A stretch of DNA of 61,737 nucleotides, filler included, from Choristocarpus tenellus KU-1152 (taxonomy: Eukaryota > Protista > Phaeophyceae): assembly GCA_964200185.2 (NCBI GenBank). It is 7 parts of 7 records of this genome, joined end to end, with 100 filler letters (N's around TTAATTAATTAA, not from the genome) between each part and the next. Parts side by side here need not be neighbours in the genome. Positions count along the whole stretch, not along the records: positions 36,201 to 40,727 come from CAXNAD020014138.1; positions 40,828 to 45,746 come from CAXNAD020012536.1; positions 45,847 to 49,486 come from CAXNAD020018795.1; positions 49,587 to 58,465 come from CAXNAD020004231.1; 3 more parts are not named here. One strand, 5' to 3'. A program made the translations under genes and the position numbers. Positions 39,670-52,600 of the stretch are shown here, in pieces. Below the pieces are notes generated by a model. The model saw nothing but the letters and a program-made list of their open reading frames with translations. It had not been told where the DNA came from and ran no database searches. The first letter of the stretch is position 1; the number at the start of each line of letters is the position of its first letter.

Positions 39670-39950
39670 GTGGTGTTAAGTGGTGTGGGGTTGAGTGGGG
39701 TTGAGTGGGGTTGAGTGGGGTTGGAGGGTGACCGGAAATCTGTGGTGAAAGGGGTTGCACTGGCTGGTCATCGGATAGGGGGACTGATTGGAAATCAGTG
39801 GCGAAGGGGGTTCGCCATGGTTGGTCATCAGATGTGGGGGTTGACTGGAAATCAGTGGCAAAAGGGGTTCGCATTGGTTGGTCATTGCAAAGGGGGGAGA
39901 GGACAGGAAATCAGTGGCAAAGAGGTCACACTGATTGGTCACAAGAGGTG
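39670..39950. repeat. Tandem repeats: (GTGGGGTTGA)n, then about 4 degenerate ~56-bp units
   Basis: GGAAATC[AT]GTGG..AAGGGG.T.GC.TGG.TGGTCAT recurs at about 39734, 39790, 39847 and 39906. Confidence 0.75.
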
Positions 39951-40637
39951 ATAGAATGTGTGGAAGAAAGGGAAAAGGGGGGAATGCAAAACATTGAATA
40001 AAAATAAAAATAATTCCAGAATTTGTGAGCAAAACAAAGATGTTGTAACATTCCCAACTTACAGATCATACTCTGCAACCTTTAGCAAATCGGAGTTCCT
40101 CTTTATAAGGTTTTGCACACGTACACTGCTCGCGATTGTTAGAACACAGGAAGAAATACTCGCGCTATTCGCCTGTAACATATTTTGCCTTTGGCATTTT
40201 GGAGATGTGTCAGGGAAAAAACCAAACCAATATCACAACGACCATTAAAAGTAGCAGTTGTAGTAAAGTGAAAGATATCTCACTAAATCTATATGGTGTT
40301 GGCAGTTGCCTCTAAGACAGTATTTGTACTGCTCTAACTTTTGATCGGAGTTGAGTTTTTCGTCGAAATAAAGGTTGATGTGACCCTTGAATCACTCCTA
40401 TCATTATTAGATAGGTTGGAGTTGGTTGTGGTGCGATGGGCGAGAGGGCGATTTTCCTCACTAAAATCAAGCTACTTAGACATCCGTCCGTCCGTCGTCC
40501 AGTATCTGTCTTGGAGGACTGTTTCTCCTCTTCCAGGACGAGTTTTTTCACGGGAGAAGAAGAGCCGTGATCCTCCATGTCTCATCTGTCTGAGTGCCAC
40601 CCTAAAATCTTCATTGTTATTGTAGCTCCACTGTTAT

Positions 40638-40727
40638 GAGTCAAAGTATCTGAGAGGGTAGAGTTGCGTCCATTTGGGGGTCAAAATCCAATGTTCTAAT
40701 TTTGATGTAATTTTGACTATCGTGTTT
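40638..40727 (+). mobile_element. MITE family A, 5' end (cut by contig edge)
   Basis: GAGTCAAAGTATCTGAGAGGGTAGAG..GTCCATTTGGGG. Confidence 0.8.
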
Positions 40728-40827
40728 NNNNNNNNNNNNNNNNNNNNNNNNNNNNNNNNNNNNNNNNNNNNTTAATTAATTAANNNNNNNNNNNNNNNNN
40801 NNNNNNNNNNNNNNNNNNNNNNNNNNN

Positions 40828-41011
40828 TCACATAGTTGTGGGCGGTGGGGTGGTTGGGGTCTACACCAGGGTGTCCATTCGGGCCCTGACCAGGAGAAGT
40901 CCATTTTACATTATCCATAAACACATGCAACCAAATCACCCAACAATCACAGTATGGAAAAATGGGCCCCGAATGGACAGCCTCCACCCCTCCCCCCAGA
41001 TACTTTGAGCC
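40828..41011 (+). mobile_element. MITE family B (5' end at contig edge)
   Basis: Family B core and CCCCCCAGATACTTTGAGCC end. Confidence 0.8.
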
Positions 41012-41265
41012 TTATGGAGCTTCCCCATTCCTTCTAGATATGAAGTTGAATCTCAGTGGTGATATCGGCATTATCAATGAGTGAACCTCTGAGGAAGGGG
41101 ACTTTGGCAGTCTGTAGGTGCTGTTGTCCTACAGCCTTGATCTGTATTTCCTGTGCTGGCCTGTTGGGGAAACAGAGCTGCACGGTCTCTATCTTCTTCT
41201 CTGACACGACCATTCCAATGCCTCACACACTGTGACGATGAAAGTCATCATTTTGACCAATCTCT

Positions 41266-41534
41266 GGCCCATAGTATCCTAGAGAGGGGGTGTTTACAAG
41301 AGGTTGTCCATTCAGGGTTTGATAGGGTGAGAGAAAAACGCTCCGGTGTGATGCACATTTTGCGGGTGATTTTTCTTCTGATTTGGTCCAGGCAGGGGGG
41401 TGGAAAAGAACGGTGCGTTCAGTTGAAGAAAAATGCCTTCACATCTGACTCGTTCACTCTAATGACAAGAAAATCACTTCATACGCAATTTCCCCGAACA
41501 GACGTCTGACCCTCCCTGTAGGATACTACAGGTC
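41266..41534 (+). mobile_element. MITE family E
   Basis: GGCCCATAGTATCCTAGAGAGG ... AGGATACTACAGGTC; TCT/TCT flanks; collinear with 32095-32367. Confidence 0.75.
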
Positions 41535-43457
41535 TCTCTTGAGGCATTGACATAACGCCTGCATCGTCAGCATACACCATAATATCACAGATTCAGTAAA
41601 TGTAAAGGCATATTTTGTTGCCCTCCTCCCAGTCTAAAGGCCTGGAGTTTTTTCTTAGCTCTTCTGATGTAGACAAAATCTTCTTCACGGATATCCTCCT
41701 CGGTACCAAACCTCTCCAGTACAATGGCAAACACTACAGGGAAAAAAAGAGACTAAACCACAACAAGGCAGGAACACACCCGTTATATCATTTTTTTCTA
41801 GATGAAATGAGTGTGTGAGTGAAAAAAAGGAAACCTTAGATAAATTTGGTGCTGTTTCCAATAAGGCAACAGAGGCCTTGTTCAATGCCGAACCAGTCGG
41901 AGCATTCCCCATCATTTATCTACTCACGAGCCCACATTTCAACATTGAATTGAAGAGTGATTGAAAAGATCTTAACTGACACGCGAAATTTTGCAATCTC
42001 ACGCTATCTATTGACTAACTGTTGCACTACGAATAATTGTACAGTCTCCATTCCTGCCTTCCTTCTCACGCATTGGGTTAAACACTCCCTCCACTCATTG
42101 CTCTATCTCCTCCCAAAAATTATCTGCTGGAACCGGCCTGAAGTTTACACCTTGATCTCTACATTGATCTTAGTCCGACTTTTTTGTGGTATAGCACCGG
42201 AAGGATAGTCCAGGTGTAGCGTCCGTTTTGCTTGCCACATGGGATAGTACAATCAAGACCAGATTTCCGTGAAAAAAGGTGTGGCACCAAAGAGGCTCAA
42301 GCCTTCTGAATTAATGGAGGTTGTTGAGTGATAGGTAAAGCGAGTCAGTGTCAAACATGAAATTTCATCGGAAATAATTGGAAAGATAATGCTATTTATA
42401 ATGGACAATACATATATGAGTGGGTTACCTCATATTATATTTTCAGGAAGTAGACAACAACAGGTATACCTGTGCAATGTTTGGGCAAGAACGGGTATTG
42501 GTGGAGCTAAGTTGGATGACGGAGTCCTCTGTGACGATTCCCCCCTAAAACCTTCCTATACCCAACCTCGCCCCCATGTTAGGGCGGTACAACACCTCTT
42601 GTCTACAAATATGTGAGACGGTGGGTTACGTTCGATGTTTCTTGGCCACTCGACATGCAGACAAGGGTGTTTTAATGGACCTTGACTGTTGGAATGCCTT
42701 TCCATGTATGTGCAAACCCACATACATATTTTTCATTCCCCATTGTGTGATGTGATACTCTCCACCAAGCCCAACATCTACACTGACACCAGACCCCAAG
42801 GCCATGAACTGATAAGTAAACCTGCAAACTGTTGTATGCCCACAAACTTCAGAGCCACAACACAGCACGGTACTGTGGTGTTTTCATGACTTATCGATTG
42901 TCAAATATCATAATTTAGATATTTCCGATATCTATTACTCTAACAAATTGAAATAGCTGACAAGGATGGCAGACGAGGCAAATGCTCGCTAAAAGAGTCA
43001 AGGGTCAAAGTAGCAACCACCTGACATCTTCGCTCGTCTATCATGCTCTCTGTGTCGCTCATCTGGTTCCACACACGTTTTGCTCAAAACTATACCCCTT
43101 TTCGCCCATCGTAAATATGCTGATTGGACAAAAAATACAATCCTTCTCTCCCACCACCCACCGTGAACGCCACACATGTTCCAAGCTCGCATTATCATCC
43201 AATTTGTTTGGATCTTACTTAGTGAGTTTCTGATTTCCGAGGTTGACTGGGACCAGGGTACTAAATAAGCCCCAAACCTACTGGTCGACAATTTTGATAT
43301 CAAATTGGTGATTCCCGCCAACTAGATCCGGGGGATCGATATGTTACATTAATCATTCGTTTCAAGCTAGAGATACCACGCAGGTGGGCAAGAAACGACC
43401 TGACAGATTCTTGGGATGCTTCCCTACCTCCTCGCCCACTTTCATAGGCTAGGTTTG

Positions 43458-43644
43458 GGCACAAAGTATATGGGGTGTGTGGCAGCTGTCCATTTGGTCC
43501 CTATTTTTCAATGTCGCAATTTTTGGGTGATTTGGTTCCACGTGTTGGATGGATAATGTAAGTACACTTTTCCTGTTCAGGGCCTAAAATGGACACCCTG
43601 GTGTAGACCTCCCCTCCCCCTCCCCCCCCCAGATACTTTGAGCC
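43458..43644 (-). mobile_element. MITE family B, reverse orientation
   Basis: GGCACAAAGTATATGGGG ... CCCCAGATACTTTGAGCC. Confidence 0.8.
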
Positions 43645-43646
43645 TG

Positions 43647-44900
43647 TCAGTATGGCAATGCAAATGTGTTGAGGTTATAACTACGAGGGCCAAAATAACC
43701 CTCGTAGTGGGTACACTTTCGCGCCTCAGCTGCAGCAGCAGGTACACCATTGCTGGTGGATGAGTGGGCCAGATGGGAGGCTGCTCCCACTTCTGGAAAT
43801 GTGACATCCAGGAGAAGGCCTTCGATTTGGTAGGGAGCTGATCTGGCTTCTACAAGTGCCCCAGCATGGAAGACCAGATCCATGCCGAAATTCCGGTCTT
43901 TTGCGAGTAAACTACCGTCCTCCATAGTGCAAGGGATGCCCATTCCTTTTCAGAGTTGACCTAGATGATTTGCCATTGGCGTGGGTTGGCGGACCTGTCC
44001 CCCTGCCCTAGGGCAGGTACGATGGGCTATGCAAATTTAGACTGCTGTTTGTATCAGTATTGAAGAAGAGAGAAGAAAGAGATGGGAGCCTGTCACGATT
44101 CCCCATTGAGTGAAAGTATCTTGGAGGGTACGAGTTTTTCCCTTTTTATCCATTTGGGGATTGGCTTCCCATGGCTTCTTTTATGACAGTTTCCTGCTTC
44201 AAAAAGTTTAGGAGTAGGTACAATGTGTATGTTATGAAAAAGCTGTGTCCAGAACATAGATATTTGACACTTCCTAACATACACGATAGCAAACATTACA
44301 TCAAAATCGTAACATGGATTGTGGCTCCCAAATGGACGCGGCTCTACCCTCTAAGATACTTTGGCTCCATTGCTGAGTACGACCACATGTTTGAAAAGAA
44401 GAATGACCTTGTGGGGTGTCTTCTCATTGCTCTTTTTATTATTTGTGGTCAGTCATGTGGGCTTGGATGGATCCATCTGTTCTCATTGAAGCCCCAGTGT
44501 AACAAATCATTTGGGTCCTGGGGCAGGTTGATTCCCGCTGTGGCCAGAAGTTCCAGTTCTGAGAGCGTGGATTGGTGGCCCTGAGGAGGTGCAGCAAAGG
44601 TCTTGTCCATTTTGAGGGTGATGCCTATCTCATGTATATCAGTTTTCAGTTGCTCGTAAGCAGCGATTGTGGTACAGTTGATCCCCCTTCCAGAATTGGA
44701 TATGTCATCCAGATAACATCTGGAGGAGACCCCCTTGGTTCGAAGGTAGACTGGACCCACTGTAGGACTTTGGTGGTTGCCATGCAATATAGGAGGGGTC
44801 AAGGAGGTCCCCTTGTTGTATCCCCGACCTCGATGGCATTATCTTCATCCCTCCCTTACCCAGGGGGAGAGGAAGATTGCAGGTGTCCCCAGTAGTCTTG
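43647..44900 (-). mobile_element. Decayed non-LTR retrotransposon fragment (RT plus restriction-like endonuclease; CRE-like)
   Basis: Frameshifted RT motifs GIQQGDLLDP and CYLDDI (about 44450-44860), then H.TCPRAG, MDLV and LLDVTFP..ASHL..S..G.PAAAAEARK..HY.G.F (RLE C-terminus). Interrupted by a family-A MITE (44108-44367) and abutting a family-B MITE. Confidence 0.7.
44108..44367 (-). mobile_element. MITE family A, full length, inserted in the non-LTR remnant
   Basis: Reverse-orientation copy; flanks CATT/CATT. Confidence 0.85.
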
Positions 44901-45720
44901 GTGGAGTTTAGACTCACCACCCATATATATTGTAAGATGGGGGCGGGTAAGGTTATAGGATGAGGAGTCCACTATCTAACTTGTTTTCCACTATACCCGT
45001 TTTTGTCCCAAAACGGCACAGGTATATACCCCTCTTTTCCACTAACCTTAGTTAATAATAATTAAGAGAGTGAAGATTTAGTGAATGATGAAAATGAAAC
45101 GCTCGCGCCTCGCGCCTCCTAGGTCAGCCTCTATCCAAGTTAAGGTCCGTATCGACGACGTCTACTAATGCGACACCTTGGGATATAGTCCATCTAAATG
45201 AATGGTGGCTTTGACTTGTGTAAACAGAGGTTATCCATGGTCCATACCCACGACGAGGATGACTTTTCAGTCTCTCCTCTCACGTATACTTGGCCATACC
45301 TTTGCATCCCTCTGGCCTTCGCCGTTGATAATCGCCTGCGAAGAAATTGGACCATCGAGCAAGGGTCAACCCCAACATTTTTCAAGGGCAACATGCACAT
45401 GCTTATCACATCGAAGCGACCACGCAAAGTGAAACAGTGTCCAGTGGAGGTCAAGGGAAGAGTCTTCCAAGGGAAAGAGGAGCGAAGGCAAAGACGTTCA
45501 TGGCGTATAAATTGCAGCAACGGATGGCTTCTGTCGATCATCGTCACCACGGCTTTCGCGGCAACAGCGGAAGCTATCCCGACGACCGTGGTGGTCCCTT
45601 TGCTCTGCCTTCCCTTCTTCATATTCATTGTTCTCTCTCTAACGCTTGACCAGGTATTGCATATGGTTGTTTTACATTTCTTTCAAACCGTAACCACTTG
45701 TGCACCCCGGAATGATTGGA

Positions 45721-45746
45721 GACCCAAAGTATTTGGGGGGGGGAGG
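45721..45746. mobile_element. MITE family B terminus at contig edge
   Basis: GACCCAAAGTATTTGGGGGGG. Confidence 0.55.
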
Positions 45747-45846
45747 NNNNNNNNNNNNNNNNNNNNNNNNNNNNNNNNNNNNNNNNNNNNTTAATTAATT
45801 AANNNNNNNNNNNNNNNNNNNNNNNNNNNNNNNNNNNNNNNNNNNN

Positions 45847-45890
<44 letters not shown>

Positions 45891-46267
45891 GTGGTCGAAA
45901 AAAACAACAAACCTATGTTTTTTTTTTGTGTTCCGATGAGAGAGGATGCTGAAGACTTCGATGCGAAACATATTTTTTTTTTAAGAAGAAAAAAAAAGGT
46001 TCGAATTTTGTTTGTTTTTTTAAATGAGAAAAGAAAACCTCGAACGGTGTGACAGTGTCCGGTACAGCAACAACAATAGTAGTAAAGTATTACTTCTAGT
46101 ATAATAATAATAACTGCTATTATTATTATTATTATTATCTCTAATATTCTAAACATTTGCGACACTGATTTTATTATATCATTGGAAAGCTCTACGGCAC
46201 GATAACAATAACCCCCTGACGCTTTCTACAACAACAGTGCTAGTCAAGTAGCGCTTCTGGTAAAATA

Positions 46268-46298
<31 letters not shown>

Positions 46299-46369
46299 AT
46301 ATTACTATCTCTAATGTTCTAAACATTACCAATGCAGATTTTATAATGTCGTTGAAAACATGTATGCGT

Positions 46370-46580
46370 GATACGTTGCTTTATGATGTGGTCATCCGTA
46401 CATATATGCTTGATATGTGGTTTTGTGATGTGGTCATCCGTACATATATGCTTGATATGTGGTTTTGTGATGTGGTCATCCGTACATATATGCTTGATAT
46501 GTGGTTTTGTGATGTGCTCATTCGTACATATATGTGTGATACGTTGCTTTATGATGTGTTCATTCATTCATACGAGCTGC
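46370..46580. repeat. 42-bp minisatellite, about 5 copies
   Basis: GATGTGGTCATCCGTACATATATGCTTGATATGTGGTTTTGT starting at 46385, 46427, 46469, 46511 and 46553. Confidence 0.9.
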
Positions 46581-47087
46581 ATAGACAGACACATGATTAT
46601 TTTTGCAAAACTTTGCTCCAAAGTATCTCTAATACTCTAAACATTACCAACACAGATTTTATGGTATTGTTGGAAAGGTCTACAACTCAACCAGACAGGA
46701 CGACAGATGCAAAATTAAATTTAAATTTTTCTGGGCTTTTTTTTTCCTTTTTACTTCAGGTTACATATATAAATATGTACTTCAACCTAACCGACTGTAG
46801 TCAGCGACTGTTCTATGTCCCTGTCTAGTCAACAGCCTCTAAAAAAGATATCAGGCCTGGATTCCGATGGAGGAGCCTCCCCCCCCTCCAAGATGCGCAT
46901 ACGCTCTTTTTTTCAACTTTTCAATACTGGCGAAGGAGGAGAGTGAAAAAAAACCGTTGACAGACAGTAGTAGATGAGAAACTGAGGTGCGAAGCTCTCG
47001 TTTGCTCTCCACAGCAGCTCCAAGCTCCCCTGGGCTATGGGAATCCCATCTCAACTTCAACTCCAACATCATACATTAATTCAAACT

Positions 47088-48184
47088 CACATCAGGGAGA
47101 TCATTCAGAGGAAGGCCTCCACCTCCGCCTTCTCCTAGCCCAGCCTCAAGTCCAGCTGCCAACCCTAGCGTACACTGCATTCCCCAAGAGCTCCTCACCA
47201 CATGTTCAGGCAGTGCATGAGACCCAACCCTCTCCCCCCCCCACTGAGCTGCGATATCGTCCAACCTCTCTCCTGCATTCCAGCTCTTGGTCTCCACCCC
47301 TTCTTTACTTCCTGTTTTAAAGTTAGCCCATTCCTTCACCCTTGCTGTTCTCTTAAATTTTTCAGAACATCCCCCAGACACCTTCGCCAACAAACCAGCA
47401 TTTGTCCTCAATTCTGATTTTTCAGTACCAACAGAAGTTGTCCTGTCTGACGTATCATCCCCAAAGGCTCGTTGACGCTTGTGCCCTCCTGTTGCTCCTG
47501 ACCCTCCTCCCCCCCCAATCTTGGTCAATGATTTTGCCACAGAGTCGATATTATTGACTTGGCAACTCTGATCGCCAGCCCTGTGGTGACTGCCGTGGCC
47601 ACAACATTGTTGCCTCCTGACACCACCAGCACCGCTGATAGTGTTGCTGCTTGCCTTGAAACACACATCCGATTGGTGACAGCGAGAGTACCTGCTGTCG
47701 CATTCCACCCAGTCTCTCTCGACCTCGAATTCTTGTTGAACTTGCCTAGAGTCCTTACCCTCACTTAGCCCCATCTCATCACCCTCCTCGAAATTGTTCC
47801 AGTCTGTGGAAGTAGAGACACTATCTAGCTCCTTGGCAAAGTCATCTAGGAGCTCATCCACCTCCTCGTCTGCCTTGTCCTCGTCCCAATCCTTCCCAGC
47901 AGCGGGTGAAATAAAGTGTGTCCCATTAGTGAGGTTTTTAGGGTCCTCGAATCCCTTCTGTTGCAGAGGAACGACTCCACCGCCGCTGAACTCATCAAGG
48001 AAACCTTTGCTCATTTTTGCACCGACACTTTTTCCATCTTCAATCAAGGGCTTATCCTGCTGGAGCTTCACCAATGAGCAACCGGTAGAAGCTTCGTCGA
48101 ACGCACCCAGTGTTTGCCACTGGGAGTGGCTCATTAGTGGTACCACAATATCCGTTGTTCTTGGAGAGGTAAAAATGGCGCAAC
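47088..48184 (-). CDS. Probable large exon of an unknown low-complexity acidic/Gly-rich protein
   Basis: About 1.1 kb stop-free frame (ORF 47076-48146), polypyrimidine + AAG candidate acceptor near 48185, GTGAGT donor at 47087. No recognisable domain. Confidence 0.45.
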
Positions 48185-49647
48185 TTCAGGGGGGAGAAAG
48201 TAGGAGCACAGGCATGTGGTATGTTTGCTTTGCCGAGTTAGATGCAAATACATGGATGCCAGGCAATGAAACTGCTTGATGGGGTAGGAACAACTACGTG
48301 TTGAAGTTTGAGGAAGGGGTGCGAGTTACACAGTGGGTGACTGAAAGGATCTGGGTTGAAGGGGAGCATCGAAGCAGAAAAGAAATGGGGACGGAGTTTG
48401 TCGGGTATACAAGGCTTTCCAGCAAGGGCAGGAGGCGCGCGTATCACCCTTAACCCTCGAAGTCGATCTACAAGTTATGGTCGTGATGTCTGGTGTGGGG
48501 GAGTCCTACTGATGGACTTGGAGCATTTAATCCCCTCGAGACGGAGAATCACCCCATTCGTTCACACTAAGAGCTTCCCATTAGCCTGATCAACTCGAGA
48601 CTGGATGTGCTAGACAAACAACCAGGTTTGTCCATAAAAGACCTCAACAAGGCCAACCGTTTTAAAAACACACCACAATCTATCGATTCTACTCCCAACT
48701 TCAATTTACCGTGTTGACAACATGTACTGAATTTCATCCGCAAACCTTCACTCCAACTGAATCATCGGGCCTTGTAGCACATGAGTCACTCAACAGCAAA
48801 AATCTCCCGACCAATAGGCCTGTCCTCTCAGTCCAATACCCATACTAGAAAAGTACGTCGAGAACGGGGTGTACAATCTGCACCGGACTCGGAGCCTGAC
48901 ATTCTCACCTGCAGCATCCGACTACTCATCCACTGTTATGCTGGCCTTAAAGACAGGTGCCTCTCATCAGTCCTTACCCACTCCATGATGCATCCCAGAT
49001 CCATCCTGTCCTAAATATGATGACAACCATGATAAATTCTACGATCCAACTAAAATGTGACATAATGTTATATAAATGTTTACATTATGAACGTTAGTTG
49101 AACGTTGGCATTGTGGCTGGATACATCAAAGTACCAGGTTCGAATATGTTTTGGACCTAGAAAGTTTTCTTGACAATCTCGAATATAGTACTTGTTACTC
49201 CTGTACAGAATAAAGGTCTTCATTACATATATAAATTGTCATGTGAAGAGCTGCAGAATTCCACAGTTAAACGTTACTGTACTCTCGTTGGCACCATCTC
49301 CCCTTTACAACTCCACTTACAGTGTAACGCCCATCTCGAGACGAGGCATTCTGAGAGTGCGAGCAACTACGATACGATTCCATGGATGTGTAGGTTCAGA
49401 GGTTTGATCTACAGCAGGCATGGAGTGTATGACTGGCTCCACTACTACGGCAGTATCCAATGACGGACTAGTATCAGTGGTGCAACNNNNNNNNNNNNNN
49501 NNNNNNNNNNNNNNNNNNNNNNNNNNNNNNTTAATTAATTAANNNNNNNNNNNNNNNNNNNNNNNNNNNNNNNNNNNNNNNNNNNNAGAGTGAGGCACAT
49601 AGACCAAGGGCTGGGGAAGGGGGGGGTGGGGGGTGGGGTTATATCAC

Positions 49648-52600
49648 CATTTCTGTTTCCACACTCCATGGCCCCTGGCCCATACGGTTGACCGCAGCAA
49701 CACGAAAAAAATATATCGACCCTGGAAGGAGTCCAGTTACATCCCACTTGAGTAGGTCACCTCTCACCTGCAAAGGCGAGAGTTTTGAGGGGGGAATTAC
49801 GGAAAAGCGTCCATCTTTTTTGCAGTTTTACAAATTAGATCGCAACCTGGACGGGATGGTCATTTCCTCATAGGTACAAGGGGCAAGAAATAAAAACAAG
49901 GAAAAGAAGACGCAAGGCATGGATAGACTAAATATGGCGTACTATTAGTAGTGGGTCAAAACCTTATTCACTCCTGTCAAATTACTCAAGAGCTACCTCC
50001 TTTTCCACTGAGAAACTAATACCACGGTAGTAGAGGAATGTAAGAGCCAAGGGACGGGTCTCTCCCAAGTCGAGGGGAGAGGACATCTGTTCTGGAGAGG
50101 GGACCAGAAACCAGGGCAGATATCATCCTTGCCTCCACACAAACTGAGATATCAATCAACAGAGGTTGAAAGTCAACAGACAGCTAGGCTCACGTTTTGG
50201 CCTATAGTATCCTGGTGTTGGGGTCAGGCGTCCATTCGGGGCCTTTGTCACAAGGTAGTGATTTTCTTGTGATTGGAGTGAACATGTCAGATTTATGGGC
50301 AATTTCCTTCATCTGAGTGCACCTTCCATTTCCATCCCCGCTGCCTGGACCAAAATCAAAGGAAAATCACCCGAAAAACGGCATCAAACTGGCATGTTTT
50401 AGAATACCCCATCAAGCCCCGAATGGACGACCTGCGCTAAACACTCTTCGCCCTCTAGGATGCTATGAGGCCTCCTCTTTTTGAGCAACATTTGCAGGTT
50501 TCGAGTATAGCAAAATTAGGCCGGAAGGGCAGAGATATCAGTACCAGGTGGTGTAATATCACCATATGAAGTCTTGTCATGAAATTCAATCAATGTAGCG
50601 CAACACATAGACCAAGTTCAAACGCCCTCTCATCTCACCGTGATCTCAGCCTCAAATTTGCCCTTTCTACCCAGGCGCCACCCAATCACATAAGCAGTTA
50701 TCTCCTCATTGCATCCTGATGCAGGGAACCAGCAAACCATTACCCAGGTACGGGTCTTGTAGGTTACATAGGGTTGAGGTGGCGGAGCTGGAACATCAGG
50801 AGTGATCCTCCATTTTCTCACCTTGACAACAGGGTAGTATGGAGGATAGGGGTGGCATTCAAGTGAAGGAATGTATGCGCACATAAAGAAGAGATGGGGG
50901 GAGGAGGGCTATCCTGAACGCGGTGAGGGTGGGGATGGAGTGTGATGGAGGCAATTATGCTAACCATTGCAGGACATGGGGAGGCGGTCACCAACCCAAA
51001 GTTGTGCAGTAATTAGTATGGTGTCCACTTAATATTTCGTGGAGGGTTAGGGCTAGAAACGTTAGGGTTAGGCTTAGGGTTAAGTTCCTCAAGATTTTAC
51101 TTTCAAACCAGAGCAATATCATAAAACCGCAATGGCACTCCAAGGGGGTTGGGTGACTCAACAAAACCTGCAAAAAAAACTCAAACATTAGCTGTCCTCC
51201 TGTGACTCCACTCATCCAATAATATCTCATTGGGTCCTCCGGTGATCCATCAACACTCTCTTTCCTATGCTCAAGAAGACAATGAATGTCCTCAAGACTA
51301 GAGACGACAATACTTCCTAAGTGCAAAAACACACGCTTTCTGTGTAGCTAATCAATTGTTGAACGCACCGTCCCATCACTACCACAAGATAGCACCGCCT
51401 GGCCTGAACTGTCAGCAAACATGCAATGCCGCACTTGGTCTGTGTGACCCAGAAATCTGCGAACAAAGGGTAATTCAGATACAGTGTTCCATATCTGCCT
51501 CAAGACGGTGAGAGGGGACCAAACGGATAAATGAGAGGATGGGTAGTCAATACAACTTCTGTGAGAGTTACGTAAGGGGATAGAGTGGTGAAGGAGAGGT
51601 AAGGGAACACTCAACAAACGTGTAATATATGCAGTCTTCAGCACTTACTTAGAATCTTCAGGAAGAGTCGCAGATAAACCTATCTTAGGCAACAGCAATC
51701 AAAGATTGAACACATGAGAGTAGAAGGGACCAGAGGTTAAAAGTATATAGCTTTTGCTATCCTTGGGTACCTTCTCACTCACCACAACAGACTGATCTGC
51801 TCCGCAGCTCACAAGAAAGACGCTGTCAGCACTCCAAGCCACATCCCAAACCACCTTACCCTCATGATGTCCGGTCAAAGTGCGTACCTTAAAGTAGAGG
51901 TGAATACATACAGCACACACAAGGGGGAGAGAAAGGCGAGACAAGGTAGCAAAGACAAGTCACATGCCAATGTTTGGGGGCATCAAAGGCTACTGTACTA
52001 CATAAGGATGACTACTGAGTTGGACAAAGGATAGCTCCCTCGACTTTGCACTTCAGACCTCCTGTCCTGCTTCTTCACCTAACCAGAAAAGACTGTCAAT
52101 TGCATTTAGTTTCTGGAGGCATGGAACTCTTAAGCTCAATGGATGAAAATCAAGAACCAAGTTAAGGATTCTACTTTCAGTGGCTTTGGTAAGTAGCATT
52201 TGGAGAAGACCAGTAGTACATAAAGCACAAACTTTAAACATAGCCAAATTTCCTCCCAAGCTGTGGAGATGCTCACCTCCTTCCCATCTACTGGATCCCA
52301 AAGTTTGATCAACCCATCGCTTGAGGCACTTGCTATCCTTCTTTCATCAGGGCTGTAGGCGACAGCATTGATGGTGTCCTGGTGGCAGATGCGACTATCA
52401 AACCGCCCCTCAAACGTGCGAAGTAACCCCTCTGTCTACGTACCCCATTGTTGTTGTGGAAGGGAGGTCACTGAAGGGCAGACGTTTAAACAGAAATATA
52501 GGAATAAAAGACAGAAAGCACTCATCTTGATCTTGGTTAACCGATAATATGCAACTTTGGTGCTTGCAAAATATGATATTTCCTCCAACAAAGATATCAC

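Noticed and set aside
45194-45746. Overlapping 144-198 aa ORFs on both strands
   Set aside because: No recognisable motif or consistent splice structure; could be a gene fragment but cannot be supported.
46370-46580. CRISPR-like array or His/Cys repeat protein (HICTDDHITKPHIK)
   Set aside because: Head-to-tail units without spacers in a eukaryotic context; open frames on both strands follow from the 42-bp stop-poor unit.
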